Source of the DNA: a virus
Taxonomy: Duplodnaviria > Caudoviricetes
Virus record (IMG/VR): IMGVR_UViG_3300027647_000002
Location: 1 to 61,323 of that record
Strand: one strand, 5' to 3'
DNA: 61,323 nt
The stretch's first letter is position 1, and each line of letters starts with the position of its first letter. Positions 53,666 through 61,323 of this stretch are shown here, one piece after another. The notes under the pieces were generated by a model, which saw only the letters and a list, made by a program, of their open reading frames with translations, was not told the DNA's origin and did not search any database. A program made the position numbers and the translations under genes.

Positions 53666-54082
53666 CTATCGTTTGACGGCGAGACCGAGAGTGCCGATGA
53701 CCTGCCAGCGCGCCATTCCTGGCCGGTCCAGGTCAGGGTGTGAATTGGCGCCCGCGTCTTTCCAGTAGCGGACGAACGCCTCGGCGTGCCGTTCGCTGCG
53801 GGCGCCGGTGAGGCAGGCCCGGACATGATTGGCCAGCCGTTCGGCCTCGATATCGCCGGTTGTCACGCCGGGCACAGCGCGCGCCCAGCACTCGAAAAGC
53901 ATGAACGGGGCATCGGTGACCATGTTGGTCATGCCCCCGTGCAGACGGTCTACCCGCACGACCCGATCGTGATCGGTGTCCGGGAAATGCGAGGACACCC
54001 ATACCGGGCCCGTTTCGAGCTGCGGCAGCTTCGCCTCGAGTAGCGCCACCGCGACCGACACCGCGGGGTGAGCGACCAGCAT
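53666..54082 (-). CDS. Tail terminator
   Basis: VRVDR.HGG...TDAP...ECWA; position. Confidence 0.8.
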   Translation of the reverse strand: MLVAHPAVSVAVALLEAKLPQLETGPVWVSSHFPDTDHDRVVRVDRLHGGMTNMVTDAPFMLFECWARAVPGVTTGDIEAERLANHVRACLTGARSERHAEAFVRYWKDAGANSHPDLDRPGMARWQVIGTLGLAVKR

Positions 54083-54351
54083 CAGTCTCTCGCCGCCCCG
54101 AGCGACCGCAGCAGCGTGTTGTTGCGCTGGTTGTCGATCATCGCCGGGGCGGTCACCGCCGCCACGCTCACGCGCCAGCGGCCTTGTGGGCGTTTGCGGC
54201 CTTGCCGGGAATCGAGCACGTAGCCGGCCCGTTCCCCGCCCACGTCGGCGAGCACACGCTCTCCGCGCGCTTCCAGATCAGCGACCACACCGGGCTCGGA
54301 CCGCAATGCGTAATAGCCTGCGATCTTGTGGACGACTCTCGTTGCCCTCAC
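54082..54351 (-). CDS. Neck / tail completion protein
   Basis: Position; GRWRVSV...NNTLLRSL. Confidence 0.7.
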   Translation of the reverse strand: MRATRVVHKIAGYYALRSEPGVVADLEARGERVLADVGGERAGYVLDSRQGRKRPQGRWRVSVAAVTAPAMIDNQRNNTLLRSLGAARD

Positions 54352-54515
54352 TTGCCCTCCTCCTGGGTGACCGACTTCCACGTTCGGGCCGCGTATAAGC
54401 GGACCAGAGTCCCGGCGTCGTTGTAGACGCAGAGGTTGTTGTGTTCGTCGGTGGCGTACCGGCCGACCTCGGCGAGGACGTCGGATCCGTCGCCGGAGAT
54501 CACAGTCAGTTGCAT
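54348..54515 (-). CDS. Hypothetical protein (55 aa)
   Basis: AGGAG RBS; translated by hand. Confidence 0.55.
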   Translation of the reverse strand: MQLTVISGDGSDVLAEVGRYATDEHNNLCVYNDAGTLVRLYAARTWKSVTQEEGK

Positions 54516-54522
54516 GACGCTC

Positions 54523-54882
54523 CTATCCGGTGACCCTGCGGAGATGGATCGTGGACCCGGGCACCCAGCCGAAAGGGTTCCCGTCAGTGGATTCCGGGAT
54601 CCCGATCACCTCGCAGTGCCCGATCCCCGGAACCGCGACAATGTCCCGCGGCGCCGGCGAAAACCCCGGCGCAGCGAACAGCTTCACGTCCACCGTCACC
54701 CGCTGGTCATGCCCCGGCTTGTCCGGCTCATCCGATCTAGGTGTTTCCCACCCGATGACCTGCACCGGCGCGCCCGGTTGCCCCAGTGGCGGTGTGTACA
54801 CCGAGACCGCGCGGCCGTTGGCGTCCCGGCCGCCGTCGCCGTGCACGTGATGCCCGACAGTGTGTGGAGTCGGAAAGTTCAC
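54523..54882 (-). CDS. Head-to-tail stopper
   Basis: D..G...EVIG.P...NPFGWVPG...LRRVTG. Confidence 0.8.
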   Translation of the reverse strand: MNFPTPHTVGHHVHGDGGRDANGRAVSVYTPPLGQPGAPVQVIGWETPRSDEPDKPGHDQRVTVDVKLFAAPGFSPAPRDIVAVPGIGHCEVIGIPESTDGNPFGWVPGSTIHLRRVTG

Positions 54883-55250
54883 GACCGCTCCGACCCCAGG
54901 CTCACCGACACCATTCCACCGCCGAGCAGCTTCTTATCGGCCCGTGTCAGCCACGGACCACCACCCTCGCCGCGATTGGAAAAGTTCCGGGTGACCTGGA
55001 AGCTCCCGGCCGACATCTGTGTCGACTCGATGCCGTCGGAATCCGCCGGCGCTTGCAGAACGCGAGCAACCATCCGGGACACCACGATCACGATCTTGTC
55101 CGGGATGTCATCCGGATCGATCGGGCACCCGTAGTAGTCGGCGACGATCACCGACGCTTCCTCCAGAAGGCCCGGGAGCCGGGCTTCCTCCGCTTCGGTG
55201 AGTGTGCGCCCGAGCCGGGCTTCCACATCAGCCTGGGTAGCCAGTTCCAC
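54879..55250 (-). CDS. Head-to-tail adaptor
   Basis: LATQADVEARLGRTLT...LLEEAS...MVARVL...WLT. Confidence 0.85.
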   Translation of the reverse strand: MELATQADVEARLGRTLTEAEEARLPGLLEEASVIVADYYGCPIDPDDIPDKIVIVVSRMVARVLQAPADSDGIESTQMSAGSFQVTRNFSNRGEGGGPWLTRADKKLLGGGMVSVSLGSERS

Positions 55251-55266
55251 GACACACCTTGCCCTT

Positions 55267-55296
55267 CCAGCCCCGACCCGTCACAGGTCGGGGCTG
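55267..55296. terminator. Hairpin after capsid gene
   Basis: CAGCCCCGACC...GGTCGGGGCTG. Confidence 0.55.
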
Positions 55297-55307
55297 ATCG
55301 TCGAGGG

Positions 55308-56273
55308 TCAGCTGCCGTCGTTGACCACAGCCGCGACCGGGCTGTTCGTCGACACCGTCTGACCGGTGGCGATGTTGTCACCCAGCGCGTACGCGAACCG
55401 CGCCTTGAAGCGCAGCGCCACCATGTCGCGCTCGGCCAGGTTGATACCACCGACGGTGGCCTGGTCGAGGAACTTCACGGTGATGTCCTGCCGGACACCG
55501 ATCAGCACCCGGGAAGCATCGACCACGATCGCCTCTGCGGTATCGGGGTCCCACACCAGCCGGTCCCCACCGGAGCCGTCATCGACGGTGCCCGACACCC
55601 AGTGCGCGTTCAGGCCGTGCACGCTGTCGCGGGCATCCGGTCCCGTCGACGTCGACGGCGTGAAGATCGGGGTGCCGTCGACGTTGCGGAGGTTGGCCAG
55701 CTTGTAGCGCAGGCCCTTACGGGCCAGGATGTCGCTCGGGTCGTAATAGTCGGCGACCGCGCCGGCTGCCCACAGGATCGAACCGGCAAGATCATCCTCG
55801 GTGCCTACGGCGCCCACCGTGAAGGTGTTACCGCTGTCCTCGGCGGACTCCAGCAGGTACTTGGAGGTCCAGGTAGCGGGCTTGGAGATACCGAAGATCA
55901 CCGCGGCATCGAGCGCGTTGGCGATACCCTCGGCGCCTGCCCGGGTGAGCTGAGCGAGGACGTCTTCGGTGGCGTCGTCGAGGACGTTCTCATGCACCGG
56001 CACGATTACTGCAAGTTCCTCGGCGACCAGTTCCTTCGATCCCCAGGTCGCCTTAGCGGTCGGCTTCACGCCCGCCGACTCGGTCGCGGACTCACCGACC
56101 CACTTCGCATGTGGCTTGGTGGCCAGCACCGGCAGCCGGTGCGTTTTGGTGCCCATGCTCCGGGTCGGGAACGCGTTCAGCACCGAGGAGGTCTTGTGTG
56201 CGTGGGCAAGGAAATCGTTCGCGTAGGCGTCCTGAATGAGCGCCGCCGCGTCGGTACGGCTGATATCAGCCAT
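55308..56273 (-). CDS. Major capsid protein (HK97 fold)
   Basis: AKWVGE...[10 protein letters not shown]...[11 protein letters not shown]; ends NDGS. Confidence 0.95.
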   Translation of the reverse strand: MADISRTDAAALIQDAYANDFLAHAHKTSSVLNAFPTRSMGTKTHRLPVLATKPHAKWVGESATESAGVKPTAKATWGSKELVAEELAVIVPVHENVLDDATEDVLAQLTRAGAEGIANALDAAVIFGISKPATWTSKYLLESAEDSGNTFTVGAVGTEDDLAGSILWAAGAVADYYDPSDILARKGLRYKLANLRNVDGTPIFTPSTSTGPDARDSVHGLNAHWVSGTVDDGSGGDRLVWDPDTAEAIVVDASRVLIGVRQDITVKFLDQATVGGINLAERDMVALRFKARFAYALGDNIATGQTVSTNSPVAAVVNDGS

Positions 56274-56320
56274 GTTGGATCATCCTTCCTGGGTGTCCCG
56301 CGACGCGAGCGGTCGGGGAT

Positions 56321-56818
56321 CTATCGATCACGGACTCCGCGCAACGCCATCGCTGCGCGTTCTTTTGCCGTGGTGGCGTCGCCTCCGGATGCACCGGAGC
56401 GCAGACTGGTTTTCTTCTTGTCGACGCCGCGCCACTGGACGAGTTCGTCCGCAGACGCCTCCATCTCTTCGCGCGTCGAACCGGTGATGTTCTTCGCCGG
56501 CACACCCTTCGCCGCGGCGACCGCTTCACGCAGCGCCATGGTGACCTCGCTGTCCTTGGTTTTCAGCGTCGTTTCCAGTTCGGCGATACGGTCGGTCAGC
56601 TTCTGCTGCTCCGACTTGTTCGCATCCTCGAGTTCCTGGAGTCGCTGAGCCTTCGACTTGAGATCGTCGTAATCGGCATAGTGGGTGTCTTTCTGCCGCG
56701 CCAGCCGCTCACCGACGATCTTGTCTACGTCGGATTGAGTGAAGGTGCGGCCCGCCGTTTCGGTCTGCGTTTCCGCAGTAGTCGTTTCGGCAGCATCCGT
56801 CTGAGACGTGTCAGTCAT
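56321..56818 (-). CDS. Scaffolding protein
   Basis: FTQSDVDKIVGERLAR...YADYDDLK. Confidence 0.9.
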   Translation of the reverse strand: MTDTSQTDAAETTTAETQTETAGRTFTQSDVDKIVGERLARQKDTHYADYDDLKSKAQRLQELEDANKSEQQKLTDRIAELETTLKTKDSEVTMALREAVAAAKGVPAKNITGSTREEMEASADELVQWRGVDKKKTSLRSGASGGDATTAKERAAMALRGVRDR

Positions 56819-56894
56819 TTCGTTCTCCGTGAGCCCGTCGGCATATCCGCCCGTTGAGCGCCGGGCGTGGCGCCTACCCCAGTGGCGGGGGAAG

Positions 56895-57719
56895 CTACTG
56901 CGCGCCGTTGCGGCGCATATGGGCGAGTACAGCGCGGGTGTCGATCGCGCCATACTTTCCGGTTCCGGGTGTTTCGCGGGTGGCCTCGATGTACTGCTGT
57001 TCCCATTCGTCGACGTACGACGGAGGGGTGTAGCTGTCTCCAGCGCGCACGGGTACCGGCAGGCATCGACAGTTGTCATGGAATCGCTCACCCATGCCCT
57101 GTGTTCCGCGGGTCCTGGCGCCACCGGCCATGAACCGCCCCGCAGTTCTCCGAGTGTGGCCAGCGGCCCGCCGCCGGCGCTCGGACAACGACACCTCTTG
57201 CCCGCGTCCGACTACCACGCCCGCGGCCGACTCCGACGTATAGGCGGCGCCGCGGGTGGCGAGCATCCGGCAGAACGCACATGCATTCGCCGACGCATAC
57301 CGGGCCCATCGCACGCCCTCGCGGGAGGAGTTGTCCACCAGGGTGTTCCGGGCCCCGGAAAACACATACCGTTGCGCCGCGCCGGCCAAAAGGTCCAGCA
57401 CCGGCGCCGCGCCCCGGCCGTACAACGGTCCGGTCGCCCAGCGGACACTCGCTTGGATCTGCTCCGTCGGCGGTGGGGCGGCCGGGACAGCGGCATACGG
57501 CGCATCGGACAGCTCCGAGTACCAGACCGTCGCGAGATCGGACGCGCCCACGATGTAAGGCTCCAGTGCTGCGGGAATCGCTCCCTGCAGTACCGCAGTA
57601 ATCACGTCCGGGGACTCCTCGGACAACTCCCGCCACACCGCGGCTACGTCCCGGATCGCCAGCACGCCCAGGCCGTTGAGCGCGGACCGGAATGCTTCGA
57701 TATCAGGCAGTGACGGCAT
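56895..57719 (-). CDS. MuF-like / capsid maturation protein
   Basis: WAR...ACAFCRMLATRG...FHDNCRC. Confidence 0.85.
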   Translation of the reverse strand: MPSLPDIEAFRSALNGLGVLAIRDVAAVWRELSEESPDVITAVLQGAIPAALEPYIVGASDLATVWYSELSDAPYAAVPAAPPPTEQIQASVRWATGPLYGRGAAPVLDLLAGAAQRYVFSGARNTLVDNSSREGVRWARYASANACAFCRMLATRGAAYTSESAAGVVVGRGQEVSLSERRRRAAGHTRRTAGRFMAGGARTRGTQGMGERFHDNCRCLPVPVRAGDSYTPPSYVDEWEQQYIEATRETPGTGKYGAIDTRAVLAHMRRNGAQ

Positions 57720-59112
57720 CGGTCCGAGACGCCAACTCGTCGACCACAGGATCAGCGACAGCCTCCTGAGCCGCCGGACGGAGTGCATCGATCAGACGCG
57801 CCACGCCCTGCGACCGCATGGCCTCTTGCACGCCGAGGATCTGCTGCTGCGTCATCCCGGGGATCATGGTCAACAGCGATTCGATCGGGACACCGGCTTG
57901 CGCCAGCTTCGTCACCCCGTCGACAACCGCACCGAACGAACGTGCTTCGGTGTCGCGCCACACGACTTCGGCATTGAGGTCGTCGGCCGTATCCTGGTCG
58001 CCGGCCATCCGGGCGCCGAGGCGGATCAACTGTTCGTGCGACTCCCCCAGCGACAGCCGCATCGCAGCGAGTTTGCGCTGCTGGTCGGCTTCAGCGGCGG
58101 CCAAGGCTTCAGCGGAGATGTTGACCATCTTCCCCGTCACCCGAGCGGGAGAGATCTGCGCCTCCATCGCGACATGCTCCATCAGCTCGTTCAGCAGACC
58201 GTTGTACGGCTCCACCGACGCGGCCGGAAACACCTGGGCTTTGACCTCGACATCATCGAACGTCCACACCCGTTTCGCCGACGCGGCGAGCACCTCGGAC
58301 TTCGACCCCGTCCACCCGGAAATCACCTTCTGCGGGAACGCACCGAACCTACTGACGATCAGGCGGTCGAAGTTCACGGAGTTGATGGTGCGCTGCAGGT
58401 CGATCAGGGGCTCGATCTCGCCGACGATCAGATCCTCGGCATCCCGAAGGCAGATGTACCGGACCACCGGGCACACTTCGGCACCGTGTCGGATCGGCTC
58501 CCCGATGCCTTCCGATGCGATCGTCAGGCGCTGGATTACACCCTCACGGATAGCTGATTGGTCGATCCGGCCGAGGTCCAGCGGGTACAGGTATTCGTCG
58601 TCGTAGAGCATCGCCTTCCGGCGCGGCTCGGTGTTGCTGGTGTCCACCCATGTCTCGAGCGCGTACTGCGGCCACTCGTCGACCTGCGGGTCCTCGTAGA
58701 CGGCGATCAGCTGCCGCGGCGACCGCGGCCGGAACACCGGCCCGTCATCGCCGGGTGTCACCGTGACATAGGTGACGCCGTAGGCGACGCACGGGCGGTT
58801 GATTTCGGACTGGCGCGCATCCATCCGGTTGCGCTGCCACATCTGCCATGCCGGAAGATTCTCCCGCGACCCCGCGGTCTTGTAGCCGACCACGGACAGA
58901 TTCTGCGTGAACGAATCCCGGACAACCCGCAGGACGTTCTTGATCGACAGCCGGGCCAGTTCGCGTACCTCATTATCCGCTTCCTCTGGCAGCTGCGGAT
59001 AGCCCAGGCGGCCGTGGAGGTAGTCGTGGATGCGCTGGAACCGGGGCAGCTCCTGCTGATGCCACTGCCACATGTTCGTGACGTGCTCACGGATTTCATC
59101 GGGTTCCAGCAC
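57703..59112 (-). CDS. Portal protein
   Basis: W..NRMDARQ...GEIEPLIDLQ..IN...NISAEAL. Confidence 0.92.
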   Translation of the reverse strand: MLEPDEIREHVTNMWQWHQQELPRFQRIHDYLHGRLGYPQLPEEADNEVRELARLSIKNVLRVVRDSFTQNLSVVGYKTAGSRENLPAWQMWQRNRMDARQSEINRPCVAYGVTYVTVTPGDDGPVFRPRSPRQLIAVYEDPQVDEWPQYALETWVDTSNTEPRRKAMLYDDEYLYPLDLGRIDQSAIREGVIQRLTIASEGIGEPIRHGAEVCPVVRYICLRDAEDLIVGEIEPLIDLQRTINSVNFDRLIVSRFGAFPQKVISGWTGSKSEVLAASAKRVWTFDDVEVKAQVFPAASVEPYNGLLNELMEHVAMEAQISPARVTGKMVNISAEALAAAEADQQRKLAAMRLSLGESHEQLIRLGARMAGDQDTADDLNAEVVWRDTEARSFGAVVDGVTKLAQAGVPIESLLTMIPGMTQQQILGVQEAMRSQGVARLIDALRPAAQEAVADPVVDELASRTDAVTA

Positions 59113-59123
59113 TCCCCCTCCTT

Positions 59124-60869
59124 TCACACGAACATCGCTTTCCCGGACCGCGGTTTGCGGAGTTTGCCGCTGTTCAGCACCAGCCGGCGCCCGAGTAGGG
59201 CGCCGACCATGCACACAGCGAGGTCGACCAGCTTCTTGGACTCGCGGTTTTCTTTGCCGAGGCTCACACCCCACTGGTTCGGTCGCCGCTTCGCCGCATG
59301 GACATGCATTCGCAGACCTGCGTCGCCGTCGTGGGTGAGAGTGCCGTCCTCGTCGATCGCTTTCGCGGTCAGCTCGGCCTGCTCGGTGAACGCTCGGTTG
59401 CGGTCGGCGCCGCCCTTCTGTGAGAGCCGCATATCGAACTTCACCGCATGTCCCTGTGCGCCGGGAGTGGCCCACAGCAGCAGCTTCCGTCCGAAATCTC
59501 GATGCCACCGGTCGATCAACGGCACCCAGTACAGGGCTTCGTCCTCATCGTCGCGGGCGGGCGAGGGGTCCACGCCGAACCAGGTCACCGCGTAGCGGTC
59601 GAACGCCGCCCGCACTGTCGCATCGACCTTCTCACGCGGGGCGAGCCAGCCTTTCCCGCGGTCGCCGTGTGGACGCTGCCACAGCCCCAGCGTGAACACG
59701 TGGCCGTCGGAAATCCGGGCACCCATCAGAGCCGTGGAGTCCGACGATTTCGAGCAGTCCAGGAACATCGCGATCTGCTCACCGTCCGCCACTGCGACAT
59801 CCGGTTTGGCCAAGGCGTCGAACGCTCTCGGGTCCACCCAGGCGTCCTCGGCGGCGGCCAGGCCGTTCAGGTAGTAGCGGATCGCGTCGGCCGCGGTGGT
59901 GCGGGTGTCGCCCTGGATCTCGTCGGCGAGCCGCTCGAGGTCCGACCAAGGTGCATCCTGGTACGCCTGCCCGAGCGCCCGCATCAGCTGGACACGGTCG
60001 GACAGATCGGTTGCCGGGTCGGCCTCGATCGAGTCGTAGAGGATATCGATCTTCCCCGTCCGGACTCTGCCGCGGACCTGGTTCTGCCACGCCTCATACG
60101 AGCGTTCAGCGACCGAATCCATCCCCTGCTGGTGGGCGTTTGTGTATTCACACACCCGGGCCTGCAGGGTGGCCGGCGACTTCGCGACGTTGCGACGAGC
60201 CACCTCGGCGACCTTGTGCCCGCCGGAGGACTGCGTCATATGGTGCGACTCGTTCAACGCGATAAACGTCGCCGGGTCACCCTCGGAGGATTTTTCCGAC
60301 GCGGTCAACAGTTCGAGCCGGCCGCCGTCCTTCACGATCGTCCGGGTCTCGCCACAGTCGATGCCGTAGTACTCGCGAGCCTCGGCATTGAAGAGGGCGT
60401 TCGCGATACGCAGCATGTCCTTCGACTGCGCCTCCGAGTTCGACGCGACCTGAACCAGCGGCAACAGGTGCCGCATGCCCGTCCACTCGCCGTTGTCGTC
60501 GAGCACCAACTGGGACGGACCCACCAGCTCGAGGTCGCATATCGACGCTCCGAACGGGTCCTTCCCTGTCCCCTTGGCGCCGCGCTTCACCGCCGACCGA
60601 TACAGCCACCGGCCGCGCTCGTCGTAGGCGTAGAACAGGATCAGGAACCGCTTCTGGCCCGGCGTATACCGCCACGGCCGGCCGGTTAGGTAATCCACCA
60701 GCCCCGGCTCGTCGGTGCGCCACTCCGCCCAGTCGATCAACCCTGGACCGAGGCTCGACGACACCAGCGCCATCTTCTCGTCCGGGTCGCTCGGCCACGG
60801 CAAAGTCACCCATGCGCCGAGCTCGTCCATCCGGTAGCCCGGTGGAAGTTCAGAGGTTGCGGTAGTCAT
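59124..60869 (-). CDS. terL: Terminase large subunit
   Basis: KRGAKGTGKD Walker A; LNESHH Walker B; FLDCSKSSDST nuclease; KLVDLAV. Confidence 0.95.
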   Translation of the reverse strand: MTTATSELPPGYRMDELGAWVTLPWPSDPDEKMALVSSSLGPGLIDWAEWRTDEPGLVDYLTGRPWRYTPGQKRFLILFYAYDERGRWLYRSAVKRGAKGTGKDPFGASICDLELVGPSQLVLDDNGEWTGMRHLLPLVQVASNSEAQSKDMLRIANALFNAEAREYYGIDCGETRTIVKDGGRLELLTASEKSSEGDPATFIALNESHHMTQSSGGHKVAEVARRNVAKSPATLQARVCEYTNAHQQGMDSVAERSYEAWQNQVRGRVRTGKIDILYDSIEADPATDLSDRVQLMRALGQAYQDAPWSDLERLADEIQGDTRTTAADAIRYYLNGLAAAEDAWVDPRAFDALAKPDVAVADGEQIAMFLDCSKSSDSTALMGARISDGHVFTLGLWQRPHGDRGKGWLAPREKVDATVRAAFDRYAVTWFGVDPSPARDDEDEALYWVPLIDRWHRDFGRKLLLWATPGAQGHAVKFDMRLSQKGGADRNRAFTEQAELTAKAIDEDGTLTHDGDAGLRMHVHAAKRRPNQWGVSLGKENRESKKLVDLAVCMVGALLGRRLVLNSGKLRKPRSGKAMFV

Positions 60870-61272
60870 CCATGCTCGTCACCGACGCCGACTCCGGACG
60901 CTCCGGCTCAGCGTCGACATATCGGATCCGCAGATCTCGCAGGAAGTCGCGCGTCGTCCCCAGTACCCGCTCCCGGTTCCGAAGTTCCGTCGCCACCCGA
61001 TGATTACCTTCATGGAACTGCGCGGCCAGTTCCAGGGCATCGAGAGCGAAGTCCCACTCCGCCGGCCCCCACAGCCGGCAGTGCGGCATTGTCGACCACG
61101 CCGCCCACTTCTGCCGGGTCCGGGCCATCCACGGCCGCCCATCGCAACGAGTCTCCGGAAGATCCGGCGCATCCTCGAACGGGACGTTCTCGACCTCGGT
61201 CCAGTCGTGAACCGGCTTCACACGGTTACGGGCCTGGCCTTGAGGTTTCGGCTTCCGTCCGGCGACCGGCAT
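60850..61272 (-). CDS. terS: Terminase small subunit
   Basis: First gene of late structural operon; W..W...W.FALD...ELRNRE..LGTT...LRI. Confidence 0.85.
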   Translation of the reverse strand: MPVAGRKPKPQGQARNRVKPVHDWTEVENVPFEDAPDLPETRCDGRPWMARTRQKWAAWSTMPHCRLWGPAEWDFALDALELAAQFHEGNHRVATELRNRERVLGTTRDFLRDLRIRYVDAEPERPESASVTSMDDYRNL

Positions 61273-61323
61273 AAAAATCGCCTCCTGAAAACCATTCTCG
61301 ATTCATACGGACTGTCAGACGCT

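Larger units (their letters stand above)
1..61323 (-). mobile_element. Complete temperate siphovirus genome (actinobacteriophage, probable Nocardia host), linearised at or near cos
   Basis: Full head-tail-lysis-integration-immunity-replication gene order. Small terminase at one end, terminal HNH at the other, integrase central. Confidence 0.92.

Noticed and set aside
59124-60869. Intein or intron in terminase or other core genes
   Set aside because: Normal lengths and no intein splice motifs.

Overview
The window looks like one complete temperate siphovirus genome from a high-GC actinobacterial host, in virion order and mostly on the minus strand. Nocardia is the likely host, inferred from the accessory genes. 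Right to left: terminase S/L, portal, MuF-like protein, scaffold, capsid, head-tail genes, tail tube, frameshifted chaperones, tape measure, minor tails, split lysin A, holin and Gly-rich tail-tip genes (37.2-61.3 kb). Next is an accessory island (31.5-37.1 kb): large XRE regulator, SOS-box operon, Panacea TA pair, DUF4352 protein and a secreted glycine-zipper protein. Then come a large serine integrase with a candidate attP, a repressor/Cro switch and a long early operon (BRO antirepressor, RecE/ERF, HNH, C5 methylase, lysin-B-like esterase, Rep with iterons, RusA, RNA-ligase-like, HIT, cold-shock protein). The left end carries an intact IS5, a putative late activator, a three-enzyme glycosylation cassette invaded by an HNH element, the terminal HNH and about 890 nt of probably non-coding DNA next to the probable cos end. 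Most notable: (1) the glycosylation cassette, with capsid and tail-tube proteins that both end in -DGS; (2) an HNH element that rebuilds the N-terminus of the gene it invaded; (3) candidate induction modules for a repressor with no autocleavage domain. All family assignments come from motif recognition by eye; no searches were run.
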